DNA of 64,000 bases, from the NCBI GenBank assembly GCA_963844615.1, contig CAWJOZ010000001.1, positions 204,577 through 268,576 on the forward strand, written 5' to 3'. Below, in pieces: positions 39,075 through 48,629 of the stretch. The stretch is from an uncultured Acidimicrobiaceae bacterium (GTDB taxonomy: Bacteria > Actinomycetota > Acidimicrobiia > Acidimicrobiales > RAAP-2). The notes below the pieces were generated by a model that was given only the letters and a program-made list of their open reading frames with translations, had not been told where the DNA came from and searched no databases. Position 1 is the first letter of the stretch; the number at the start of each line of letters is the position of its first letter. Position numbers and translations under genes: made by a program.

Positions 39075-40469
39075 GTGGCAGAACCGCGCACGTTCTCGAT
39101 TCGCACGTTCGGGTGCCAAATGAACGAGCACGACTCCGAGCGACTGGCTGGGCTGCTGGTCGCCGACGGGCTCGTCCTCGCCGAGAAGGACCTCGAGGCG
39201 GACGTCATCGTGCTGAATACCTGCACGATTCGAGAGAACGCCGATCTCAAGCTATACAGCGCGCTCGGCCAGCTCAAGGCGATCAAGGAGTCTCGTCCGG
39301 GCATGCAGATCGCCGTGGGTGGGTGCATGGCCCAAAAGGACCGCGGGTCCATCGTGGAACGCGCGGACTGGGTCGACGTGGTCTTTGGGACGCACAACCT
39401 GAATGCCGCCCCGTCGCTACTGCGCCGCTCGATGAGCGAGGGTCCGCTCGTGGAGATCCTCGACGCACCCGATCCCGTGACCAGCCGTGACATGGCGCCC
39501 GCGCTCTACGCGGTGCGCGAGTTGAGCTTTGCCGCGTGGATGACGATCCAGACGGGTTGCGACAACACGTGCGCGTACTGCATCGTGCCGAGCGTGCGCG
39601 GAGGCGAGATCAGCCGACCCCTCGAGGATCTGCTGGTCGAAGCGGCGATGCTCGCCGGCCGCGGCGTCACCGAGATCACGGTGCTGGGCCAAAACGTCAA
39701 CTCGTACGGACGAGACATCACCGGACGGCGTCCGCTCTTTGCCGAGCTGCTGCGCGCACTGGGCGAGATCGAGGGTCTGGAGCGGGTTCGCTTTACCAGT
39801 CCGCACCCCAAGGACCTGCGACCCGAGACGATCGCCGCGATGGCCGAGACGCCCAATGTCTGTAATCAACTGCACCTGCCCCTGCAGTCCGGATCCAATC
39901 GCGTGCTGAGCGCCATGCGGCGCGGATATCGCGTCGAGCGGTACCTCGAAAAGCTCGACGCCGCCCGCGCGTCGATTCCCGACCTCGCGGTCACCACGGA
40001 CCTCATCGTGGGCTTCCCGGGCGAGAGCGACGCGGAGTTCGACGAGACCCTCGAAGTCGTGGCGCGCTGTGAGTTCGACCTCGCCTACACGTTCATCTTC
40101 TCGCCGCGCGAAGGAACGCGCGGTGCGCAGATGACGGACTCATTCGTCGCGAGCGACGTCATCAAGGAGCGCTTCGAACGCTTAAAGGACGTCACCGACC
40201 GCTCGGCGTTGCGCCGTCACCAGGCCCGCGTGGGCACGCGCGAGGAGGTTTTGGTGGAAGGACCGTCGCGGCGCAACGACCAGATGCTCTCGGGACGCAC
40301 GCGCCAAGGCAAGCTCATCCACTTTCCCGTCAGTGACGCGCCCCTGCGTGCGGGATCGCTCGCGAGCGTGGACGTCACCTACGGCGCGCCGTACTACCTC
40401 CTGGGCGAGGTGCACGAGGTGCTGAGGGCACCACGTCACAAGATTCGCGTGCCGCTGCTCTCTTCGTGA
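39075..40469 (+). CDS. miaB: tRNA-2-methylthio-N6-dimethylallyladenosine synthase MiaB
   Basis: 'TFGCQMNEHDSE', radical SAM 'GCDNTCAYCIVP', 'FTSPHP', 'LHLPLQSGS', TRAM domain. Confidence 0.96.
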   Translation: MAEPRTFSIRTFGCQMNEHDSERLAGLLVADGLVLAEKDLEADVIVLNTCTIRENADLKLYSALGQLKAIKESRPGMQIAVGGCMAQKDRGSIVERADWVDVVFGTHNLNAAPSLLRRSMSEGPLVEILDAPDPVTSRDMAPALYAVRELSFAAWMTIQTGCDNTCAYCIVPSVRGGEISRPLEDLLVEAAMLAGRGVTEITVLGQNVNSYGRDITGRRPLFAELLRALGEIEGLERVRFTSPHPKDLRPETIAAMAETPNVCNQLHLPLQSGSNRVLSAMRRGYRVERYLEKLDAARASIPDLAVTTDLIVGFPGESDAEFDETLEVVARCEFDLAYTFIFSPREGTRGAQMTDSFVASDVIKERFERLKDVTDRSALRRHQARVGTREEVLVEGPSRRNDQMLSGRTRQGKLIHFPVSDAPLRAGSLASVDVTYGAPYYLLGEVHEVLRAPRHKIRVPLLSS

Positions 40470-41401
40470 GGATCCTGAGAGGCCCCGCGGTCGCCCTGGT
40501 GGGGGCCACCGCATCGGGCAAGTCGGCGCTCGCCCATGAGTTGGCACTCGCGCAGGGCAGCGTCGACGTCGTCAGCATCGACGCCATGTGCGTCTATCGC
40601 GGCATGGATCTGGCTACCGCCAAGCCCACGAGGCGCGAACGCGAGGAGGTGCCCTACCACCTGCTTGATCTGGTTGAACCCTCCGATGAGTTCACGGTCG
40701 CCCAGTTTCAGCGCGACGCAGGTGACGCTACCGCTCAGGTCTGGGGTGCGGGGCGCCGCGTGCTCTTCGTCGGCGGTACCGGACTGTACGGGCGAGCCGT
40801 GCTCGACGATCTGGACATCCCCGGGAGATATCCCGAGGTTCGTCGCGCGTTAGAAGACCGCGCGACCAGCGATCTGGCGTCGCTGTACGCCCAACTCGAG
40901 GAGCTCGATCCGCTCTCGGCGAGTCGAATGGAACCCTCCAACGAACGTCGCGTGGTGCGGGCCCTCGAGGTCACGCTCGGTTCGGGTCGAGCGTTCTCGT
41001 CCTACGGCGAGGGGCTCATGACGTATGGTCCGGCGCGCGTGGTCCAGATCGGACTCGACGTACCACTCGAGGTTCTCGACGAGCGCATCGAATTGAGATT
41101 CCGTCGCTGGATGGATGAAGGACTGGTCGAGGAAGTCCAAGCCCTCCTCCGACGTCCCGGAGGAATAGGTCGCACCGCCCGTCAAGCGGTGGGCTATCGC
41201 CAGATCCTCTGGCACATCGAAGACGACCAGCCTCTCGAGACGTGCGTGAGCGACGCCATCACGCACAGTCGTCGGCTGGCCCGACGACAGCGGTCCTGGT
41301 TTCGCCGTGATCCTCGGGTTGAGTGGTTCGAGGATCCGAGTGGCGCGGCGGCGCGCCTGATGACGGTGCTGAATGATTCCGATGGGTTCGTGCGAGACTG
41401 A
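40466..41401 (+). CDS. miaA: tRNA dimethylallyltransferase MiaA
   Basis: 'GATASGKS', 'DAMCVYRGMD..TAKP', 'VGGTGLY', 'QAVGY', 'RQRSWF'. Confidence 0.96.
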   Translation: MRILRGPAVALVGATASGKSALAHELALAQGSVDVVSIDAMCVYRGMDLATAKPTRREREEVPYHLLDLVEPSDEFTVAQFQRDAGDATAQVWGAGRRVLFVGGTGLYGRAVLDDLDIPGRYPEVRRALEDRATSDLASLYAQLEELDPLSASRMEPSNERRVVRALEVTLGSGRAFSSYGEGLMTYGPARVVQIGLDVPLEVLDERIELRFRRWMDEGLVEEVQALLRRPGGIGRTARQAVGYRQILWHIEDDQPLETCVSDAITHSRRLARRQRSWFRRDPRVEWFEDPSGAAARLMTVLNDSDGFVRD

Positions 41402-41402
41402 A

Positions 41403-42176
41403 GTGGTGACAGTGCGATCACTCCAAAAGTGGCAGGGCGCGGGGAACGACTTCCTCGTGGACGTGCAACGCGGGGGCGAGACGCGGCCCTGGACGAGCGA
41501 ACATGTGCGCGAGGTGTGCGCCCGCGCGACGGGTGTGGGTGCCGACGGACTCTTGGTGGCCGACCTCACCGACGGCGTCACCATGACCCTCTTCAACGCT
41601 GACGGCTCGCGGGCGGAGATGTCGGGCAACGGGGCGCGCTGCCTCGCGGCCGCGGTGCGCCGTGCTACTCACTCGGGAGCGGACGAACTGGTCGTCACGA
41701 CGGACGCGGGCGACAAGACGGTGCATCTCCTCATGGTGAGCGACGTCTCGGGATACGGCAGCGTCGACATGGGCGACGTGACCTTCGGCGAGGACCTCGA
41801 CGGCGCGTGGGGCGTGGCCTACGTGGGTAACCCCCACGTCGCGGTCTTGGACGATGAACGCTGGACTGACGCGACGCGCGAAGAACTGGCGGCTAAGTTC
41901 GCCGCCCAGATGGGCGGGGCGAACGTGGAGTTCGTGCGCGTGCTGGGTCCCGGTCGCCTCGCGATGCGCGTCGTTGAGCGTGGCGTGGGCTGGACCCTGG
42001 CCTGTGGCACCGGGTCGTGTGCGGTGGCGGCTCTCGCACGACGCAATCACGTGAGCGGCGGATATGCGCACGTGGAGAATCCCGGCGGCACCCTGACGGT
42101 GAAGCTCGAGGGACAACGGGCAACGTTGAGCGGGCCGGTGCAGTTCGTGGCGGACGTGGAGTGGCTCGAAGCTTGA
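41403..42176 (+). CDS. dapF: diaminopimelate epimerase
   Basis: 'KWQGAGNDF', 'GVGADG', 'NADGSRAEMSGNG', 'VGNPH', 'ERGVGWTLACGTG'. Confidence 0.92.
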   Translation: MVTVRSLQKWQGAGNDFLVDVQRGGETRPWTSEHVREVCARATGVGADGLLVADLTDGVTMTLFNADGSRAEMSGNGARCLAAAVRRATHSGADELVVTTDAGDKTVHLLMVSDVSGYGSVDMGDVTFGEDLDGAWGVAYVGNPHVAVLDDERWTDATREELAAKFAAQMGGANVEFVRVLGPGRLAMRVVERGVGWTLACGTGSCAVAALARRNHVSGGYAHVENPGGTLTVKLEGQRATLSGPVQFVADVEWLEA

Positions 42177-43450
42177 CGTACATTCCCGACACTCTCATTG
42201 ACCGGAGTTTCCGAGAGAAGATCGTTCTGGTGGGGGTGCTATTTCCCGGAGTGAGTGAAGACGATCTCGATCGACAGCTCGACGAGTTGGCGCTTCTGGT
42301 GGACACGGCCGGAGCCGACGTCGTAGCGCGAGTTGTCCAGCGCCGCGATGCACCGGACCCCGCGACGTACCTCGGTTCGGGCAAGGTCAAGGAACTGCGC
42401 GACGTCTGTCTCGCGCTGGACGCCGACACGGTGGTCTTTGAGGACTCGCTCAGCCCCGCCCAGCAGCGCAACCTGGAAAAGATCTTAGGGCGCACGGCGA
42501 TCGACCGCACGGCGGTGATTCTGGACATCTTCGCCCAGAACGCGCGCACACCGGAGGGCAAAGCCCAGGTCGAACTCGCGTTGTTGCAGTATCGACTACC
42601 GCGTCTGCGCCGGGCCGGGGGATCGCTGTCCCAACAAGCCGGTGGCATTGGCACCCGCGGCCCGGGCGAGACCCAACTCGAAGTCGATCGTCGGCGACTC
42701 GTCCAGCGGATCCATCACATTCGCCGAGAACTCAAGCAGATCGATCGCACGCGCCAGGTTCAGCGCCAGGGTCGCGAGCGCGGCCGCCACCGCGAAGTCA
42801 CTCTCGTGGGCTATACCAACGCGGGCAAATCGTCGATGTTGAACGCACTCACTCATGCGGGGGTGGAGGTAGAGAATCGCCTCTTCGTCACGCTCGACCC
42901 GCGCACGCGCCAACGCCAACTCCCCGGAGGTGAGACGGTGCTCTTCACCGACACCGTCGGGTTCATCTCGAATCTGCCCCACGAGTTGGTCGAAGCCTTC
43001 ATGAGCACGCTGAACTCGGTGCAGCTGGCCGACCTGTTGGTCCACGTCGTCGACGGGTCGAGCGATCGAGCCGAGGAGCAGATCGCGGCCGTGCGCGACG
43101 TTCTCATCGAGATCGGCGCCGAGCACGTGCCTGATCTGTTGGTCTTCAACAAGGCCGACGTGCCGGGCTCACGGGCCAAGGATCTCGCCAAGATCTACGA
43201 CGGGGTATGGGTATCGGCCCTGACCGGAGAGAACCTCGACGAGGTCATCGACCACGTGGCCGAGCGCCTGCGCTCGCGCGACCGCGTGCTCACGTTGCAG
43301 CTTCCCCTGGACCGGGGCGACCTGCTCGCCGCCGCGCATCGTGAAGGCGACGTCCTCGACACCACGGTCAAAGACGACGGTGTGCTGATCCACGTGGTCT
43401 TGGATGCGGTTGGCGCCGCGCGCTTTAGCGAGTGGCGGGTGCCGGCGTGA
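42173..43450 (+). CDS. hflX: GTPase HflX
   Basis: 'DRTAVILDIF', 'GPGETQLE', 'VGYTNAGKSS', 'DTVGF', 'NKAD'. TTG start overlaps the dapF TGA. Confidence 0.96.
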   Translation: MTYIPDTLIDRSFREKIVLVGVLFPGVSEDDLDRQLDELALLVDTAGADVVARVVQRRDAPDPATYLGSGKVKELRDVCLALDADTVVFEDSLSPAQQRNLEKILGRTAIDRTAVILDIFAQNARTPEGKAQVELALLQYRLPRLRRAGGSLSQQAGGIGTRGPGETQLEVDRRRLVQRIHHIRRELKQIDRTRQVQRQGRERGRHREVTLVGYTNAGKSSMLNALTHAGVEVENRLFVTLDPRTRQRQLPGGETVLFTDTVGFISNLPHELVEAFMSTLNSVQLADLLVHVVDGSSDRAEEQIAAVRDVLIEIGAEHVPDLLVFNKADVPGSRAKDLAKIYDGVWVSALTGENLDEVIDHVAERLRSRDRVLTLQLPLDRGDLLAAAHREGDVLDTTVKDDGVLIHVVLDAVGAARFSEWRVPA

Positions 43451-44550
43451 GTTTTTCGCCCCCGGCGTACCCCTACGAGAGGCTGGACGGTCTCAAGGAG
43501 CTGGCGTCGGAGTTTGAGGGCGGAGCCATCGACTGTTCCATCGGAACGCCGATGGATCCGCCGCCGGACTTTGTGATCAAGGAGTTGGCCCGTGGCGTGG
43601 GGGCACGAGGGTATCCGCCCTCGGCCGGTACCGCGAACTTTCGCGAGGCCGCTGCGGGCTGGCTGTCGAGACGTTTTGGTGTCGACGTCTCGGCAAACGA
43701 TTTGGCCGCCTGTGTGGGCACCAAGGAGTTCGTCGCCTCACTCGCGGGCTACCTGCACTTGCGCTCGCCCGAGCGCGACACCGTCCTGTATCCCGCTATC
43801 AGTTATCCGACCTACGCCATGAGTGCGACGTTGGCCGGGCTGCGGTCGGTGCCCGTTGCGTTGAGCAAAGGTCAACTGGATCTTTCGTCGATCGACCCGA
43901 ACGACGCGGGGCGGGCGTTGGTGCTGTGGGCGAACTCGCCGGCCAATCCGAGTGGCCAGCTCGATGATCTGGAGCGCGTCGCCCAGTGGGGCAGGGCGAA
44001 CGACGTCCTCGTCGCGAGTGACGAGTGCTACTGCGAATACACGTGGGCCTCGCCCCCACGAACGGTCCTTGAATTCGGCCCCGAAGGAGTTCTTTCGGTG
44101 CAGTCGGTGTCGAAGAGATCCAACCTGGCTGGCGTACGCGCGGGCTTCTATACCGGGGACCCCGAGGTGGTGCGCTACCTGCGCAGCGTGCGTCAGCACG
44201 CGGGACTCATGGTCCCTGGTCCGGTGCAGGCCGCGGTCGCTCTGGCCTACGGCGACGACGAGCACGTGAACGTTCAACGCGAGCGGTACTGGTCGCGGTT
44301 GGAAGGTCTCGCTCGCGCGCTCGAGTCAGTGGGCGTCACCGCCCGGACGCCCGAAGGCGCGTTCTATCTGTGGTGTTCGAAGGAAGGCATGGATGGCTGG
44401 GAGCTGGCTGCGATGCTGGCGGAGCGCTCGGGTCTCGTCGTGAGTCCAGGCGAACTCTACGGTAACGATGGTCGCGACTACGTTCGCATTGCCGTGGTGC
44501 AACCCGATGAGCGCCTCGAACTCGCGGCCTCTCGTCTTAGATCGTCGTAA
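43447..44550 (+). CDS. dapC: succinyldiaminopimelate transaminase (class I/II PLP aminotransferase)
   Basis: 'SIGTPMDP', 'NSPANPSG', 'SDECY', 'SVSKRSNLAGVRAG'. Adjacent to dapD and dapE. Confidence 0.8.
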   Translation: MSFSPPAYPYERLDGLKELASEFEGGAIDCSIGTPMDPPPDFVIKELARGVGARGYPPSAGTANFREAAAGWLSRRFGVDVSANDLAACVGTKEFVASLAGYLHLRSPERDTVLYPAISYPTYAMSATLAGLRSVPVALSKGQLDLSSIDPNDAGRALVLWANSPANPSGQLDDLERVAQWGRANDVLVASDECYCEYTWASPPRTVLEFGPEGVLSVQSVSKRSNLAGVRAGFYTGDPEVVRYLRSVRQHAGLMVPGPVQAAVALAYGDDEHVNVQRERYWSRLEGLARALESVGVTARTPEGAFYLWCSKEGMDGWELAAMLAERSGLVVSPGELYGNDGRDYVRIAVVQPDERLELAASRLRSS

Positions 44551-44572
44551 GCCCCCAAACTACGCTGGTGGC

Positions 44573-45397
44573 GTGAGCGATCTCGAAACCCGCATAAGTC
44601 ACTGGTACGAGCAGATTGGCGAGATGACGCCTGAGAACACCGAGGCGCGTCGCGACGTGGAGTTGGTCATCACCAAGCTCGACGACGGACAGGTGCGAGT
44701 CTGCGATATCGCCGACGACGGGACGATCGTGGTGAATGAGTGGACCAGGCAGGCGATTCTGCTTCTGTTTCGACTGCGAGGGCTCGAGCCGAGCGAATCA
44801 GGGCCCTTTGAGTATCTGGACAAGCTCGATCTGAAGACGGACTATGCGCGTCGCGGGGTACGCGCAGTACCTGGTGCCATCGCGCGCTACGGCAGCTATC
44901 TCAGCCCGGGTGTGGTGCTGATGCCCAGTTTCGTCAATATCGGCGCCTGGGTGGGAGCGAACTCGATGGTCGATACCTGGGCCACCGTGGGCAGCTGCGC
45001 GCACATCGGAGACAACGTCCACCTGTCGGGCGGCGTGGGGATCGGCGGCGTTCTAGAGCCGGCCAACGCCGTACCGGTCGTGATCGAAGATGACGCGTTC
45101 ATCGGCAGTCGCAGCATGATCGTCGAAGGTGCGCGAGTGGGGCGAGGGTCGGTGGTGGGAGTCGGCACGATGCTGAGTCCCTCCATCCCGGTCTATGACG
45201 CCGAGACCGGAGAAGAACTTTCGAGAGGCTACGTGCCCGACTACTGCGTGGCCATCTCGGCCAGCCGACGTCGAGAGTACCCAGGGGGCGAGTTCTATCT
45301 GCCGTCGGTCTTGGTCATTAAGCGTCTCTCCGAAGGCGAACGGCACAACAAGGCGGCCCTCAATGACGTGCTGCGTGACCACGGTGTCTCCACGTGA
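44573..45397 (+). CDS. dapD: tetrahydrodipicolinate N-succinyltransferase
   Basis: 'RAVPGAIAR', 'LMPSFVNIGA', 'MVDTWATVGSCA', 'HLSGGVGIGGVLEP', 'FIGSRS'. Confidence 0.93.
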   Translation: MSDLETRISHWYEQIGEMTPENTEARRDVELVITKLDDGQVRVCDIADDGTIVVNEWTRQAILLLFRLRGLEPSESGPFEYLDKLDLKTDYARRGVRAVPGAIARYGSYLSPGVVLMPSFVNIGAWVGANSMVDTWATVGSCAHIGDNVHLSGGVGIGGVLEPANAVPVVIEDDAFIGSRSMIVEGARVGRGSVVGVGTMLSPSIPVYDAETGEELSRGYVPDYCVAISASRRREYPGGEFYLPSVLVIKRLSEGERHNKAALNDVLRDHGVST

Positions 45398-46443
45398 GTC
45401 GACTCGACGACGTCTATGAGTTGGTGTCGATCAGTTCGGTAAGTCACCATGAGTCGGCTCTGGCTGACTACGTCGAGAGCGCCCTACGTTCGAACAACTC
45501 GTTGGATGTCGAGCGCGTGGGCGACAACGTGGTGGCGCGCACGACGGGCGATCACGCGGCACGCGTGATCGTGGCCGGTCACCTCGACACGGTGCCGGGC
45601 AATGCGAGTGCCGCGACCGTAGTTGGCGATGTGCTCACGGGACTGGGCGCGTGCGATATGAAGGGCTCGCTCGCTGTGATGATCGCTCTGGCGATGGAGG
45701 ATACGCCGAGATCCACCGAGGTCACCTGGATCTTTTATGCCCGCGAAGAGATCTCGCGCAGTGAATCAGGACTGTTCGAGTTGATCGAGAAGCGCCCAGA
45801 ACTCCTGGTCGGCGACGTCGCTTTGCTCTGTGAGCCCACGGCCGGTGTGGTGGAGGCGGGCTGCCAGGGCACGTTGCGAGTGCGCGTGGACGTCGCGGGA
45901 CAGCGTGCTCACACGGCCCGGCCCTCAATGGGACGCAACGCCATCCATCGCGCCGCTGAGATAGTCACGAAAGTTGCGCACTACGAACCTCGTCAGGTCG
46001 AGCTAGATGGTGTCGAGTATTGCGATCAGCTCCAGGTGGTCTTCGTCGAAGGAGGAGTGGCGGCCAATGTCGTCCCCGACGCCGCAACGGTGACGATCAA
46101 TCATCGGGTTGCCCCGGACCGCTCCGGCGACGAGGCCGCCGCGTGGCTTCGCGGCTACCTCGGCGACCTGCTCGAGGATGTCGATGCATTTACGGTGCTC
46201 GATTGGGCCCCGAGTGCCCCGCCCTCGCTCACCAATGAGTGTTTGGGTGCCCTCGTGGCGCTGAGCGACAGGCCGGTTCGCGGCAAACTCGGCTGGACCG
46301 ACGTCGCCACGTTCCACGAGCTCTCCATTCCCGCGACGAACTTCGGCGCAGGAAACCCCTTGCTCGCACATCGTAGCGACGAACAGATCACTCGTCGCGA
46401 GGTCGACGACTTCGAACGCGTGATGCGCGAATGGCTGAAGTAA
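45394..46443 (+). CDS. dapE: succinyl-diaminopimelate desuccinylase
   Basis: 'AGHLDTVP', 'DMKG', 'REE', 'CEPT', 'AHTARP..G.NAIH', 'GWTDV', 'AHRSDE'. Confidence 0.88.
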   Translation: MSRLDDVYELVSISSVSHHESALADYVESALRSNNSLDVERVGDNVVARTTGDHAARVIVAGHLDTVPGNASAATVVGDVLTGLGACDMKGSLAVMIALAMEDTPRSTEVTWIFYAREEISRSESGLFELIEKRPELLVGDVALLCEPTAGVVEAGCQGTLRVRVDVAGQRAHTARPSMGRNAIHRAAEIVTKVAHYEPRQVELDGVEYCDQLQVVFVEGGVAANVVPDAATVTINHRVAPDRSGDEAAAWLRGYLGDLLEDVDAFTVLDWAPSAPPSLTNECLGALVALSDRPVRGKLGWTDVATFHELSIPATNFGAGNPLLAHRSDEQITRREVDDFERVMREWLK

Positions 46444-46447
46444 CGAT

Positions 46448-47072
46448 CTAGTAGCGACGCAGCACCGAGATCACGCGTCCATAGATGCTGACCTCGCGGG
46501 AATCGAACTCCATGGGCTCCATCGTTGAATTCTCGGGCTTCAGAATGATCGCGAGATCCTTGAGCGAAGAATCGCTTGACGGTTGCCTCGTCGCCGGGGA
46601 TACCCGCTACCACTATGTCTCCGGATCGCGCGGTCTGCTGACGCTCAACGACGATGTAGTCGCCAGCCAATATGCCCGCATCCACCATCGAGTCGCCTCG
46701 TACTTGAAGCACGTAAGTGTCTCCGCGCCCGGCAAACTGTTCGGGAATTGACATCAACTCGTGAGTGCTCTCAAGCCCCAGTACGCCGGTACCCGCCGCG
46801 ACGTCACCGACCAAGGGGATGTGACGAATGTTCTGATCAGGAGCAGGATTCGAAGCGTCGAGCCGTACCGTCAAGGTGCGCGGCTGTTGCGCGTTCTTCT
46901 CGATGTAGCCCGCGTTCTTGAGCACCGTGATGTGGTTGGCGACCGTGGCCGACGACGAGAGTCCGACGTGTTCGCCGATCTCGCGAATCGTCGGGGGAAA
47001 GCTGCGCTCACGCTGGCAAGTGACGATGAACTCTAAAATCTGTCGACGCATCGGGGTTAAGACCTCGGCCAT
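46448..47072 (-). pseudogene. lexA: SOS repressor LexA with a +1 frameshift near 46550-46575
   Basis: wHTH 'PPTIREIG..VGLSS..TV', cleavage site 'VAAG', catalytic 'GDSM' and 'TVKR'. The LexA-like C-terminus 'ILKPEN..MEP..IYGRVISVLRRY*' is in the next frame (span 625 = 3n+1). RBS AAGGAG. Confidence 0.93.
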
Positions 47073-47089
47073 GGCGCTCCTTTGGCAAA

Positions 47090-47144
47090 CGAACAGTTGT
47101 TCGTAGGCTACACCGGACTCGCGCACGGATCAAACATCCGTTCG
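47090..47144 (-). promoter_or_regulatory. lexA promoter with two LexA (SOS) boxes
   Basis: Boxes CGAAC-AGTT-GTTCG (47090-47103) and CAAAC-ATCC-GTTCG (47131-47144). Minus-strand -35 TTGATC (47133-47128), 17-nt spacer, -10 TAGCCT (47110-47105). Confidence 0.85.
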
Positions 47145-47328
47145 CATTGATTTCGGGAGTGTTGCATTAGGTGGTGTGCCTACTTTTGCACTTTTGCCCC
47201 TGGTAATCCTTCGTCGACAGTCAAATCGACTTGACCTCTCTGGGGTAAATGCGGGTCACTTGGGTGACGTGTAGGTGAACTCGGTAGCGGGCAGTAAAGA
47301 AATGAAAAATCAAGGGAGGACGTTGCTC

Positions 47329-48542
47329 ATGAAGCTTCGTTGGAATAAAACGGTGGCGCTGGCCGCTGTAGGAGCAATGGCCCTAACAGCCGTGCCGCTC
47401 CTTGCAGGAACGGCGACATCGGCGGCATCAAAGCCTACGTACACCATCGGCGTGCAGGGTCCCTTTACGGGAAGTGACGCTGACTATGGTCTGTACGAGT
47501 ACGCCGGAGTGGAGTACGCCGTCAGTCTGGCCAACGCCAGCGGCAAGTACGACTTCACGCTGAAGGCTGAAAAGTTTGACGACCAAGGTTCTTCAACCGT
47601 GGCGCCCGGAGCGGCCCAAAAGGCCGTTGGGACCAAGGGACTGGTCGCGATTGTGGGCCCGTCATTCTCCGGTGCTTCGCAGGTTTCGTACCAGTACTAC
47701 CACGCGGCGCACATCGCTGAAGTGAGTCCGTCCGCGACCGCAGTTGCGCTCGCTAGCGGCTCGGACAGCAGTTTCTTCCGTACCGTGGCCGATGACTCGG
47801 TCCAGGGTTCGGCGGACGCGAGCTACCTGGTGACCACTAAGGGCGAGAAGAACCTCACCGTCATTGGTGACGAGTCGTTCTACGGTCAGGGTCTGGCCAA
47901 CGTCGTGGTCGCGACCCAAGCGGCAAAGCTTGGCGCGACGGTGACTCGAAGTCAATCGCCAATATCAATGAGGGCGGCGGCGGTAACGCTGGTGCGTACA
48001 GCACCCTGGCGACCGAGTTGGCCCAGGCCGACCCCGCGGCGATCTTCTACGGAGGGTACGCACCGGAGTTCGGTTTGCTCCTCGGTGACCTCGCGAGCGA
48101 CGGCTACACGACGTCGAACCACGTGATCATGTCGGGTGACGGTTCGAATGACCCCGCGTTGATGACGAGCACTTCGCCAGCGACCGCCGCGAACGGCGCG
48201 TTCCTGAGTGAGTCCGCCACCGGCAAGGTGAGTTACTTCACCGGCAAGATGGCGAGTGCGTTCACCAAGCTGACCCACGTCAAGGCTTCCGTGGCGATCT
48301 ACGCCGCCCAGTCCTACGACGCGGCGAACGCAATCATCAAGGCCCTGGTCGCGGACAAGAAGACGTCCTCGATCTCGACCCTGCGCAAGGAGACGGTGGC
48401 TTCACTGCACAAGGTCTCCTTCGTTGGCGTGACCGGTCCCATCGCCTTCCAGGGCGACGGCGACCTCAAGGTTGACAAGGGCGAAGTGCAGGTTTCTGAG
48501 GTCGAGAACGGCGTCATTACGGTTTTGACGAACGTCGGCTGA
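47329..48542 (+). pseudogene. livK: branched-chain amino acid ABC transporter substrate-binding protein, -1 frameshift near 47955
   Basis: Signal peptide, 'GPFTG', 'GPSFSG', 'VSPSAT', 'FFRTVADDSVQG'. Second frame gives 'IFYGGYAPE', 'SYDAA', 'GVTGPIAF'. RBS GGGAGG. Confidence 0.8.
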
Positions 48543-48560
48543 TAGACATTCACATGTAAT

Positions 48561-48599
48561 TGCCACTAGGGCCGGGGTTTTGCCCCGGCCCTAGTGGCA
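48561..48599 (+). terminator. perfect 17-bp hairpin between livK and livH (mRNA-stabilising element or partial terminator)
   Basis: TGCCACTAGGGCCGGGG-TTTTG-CCCCGGCCCTAGTGGCA, with no downstream U-tract. Confidence 0.7.
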
Positions 48600-48629
48600 T
48601 ACCGAAACAGACGGGGTTGTTAGGTAGAC

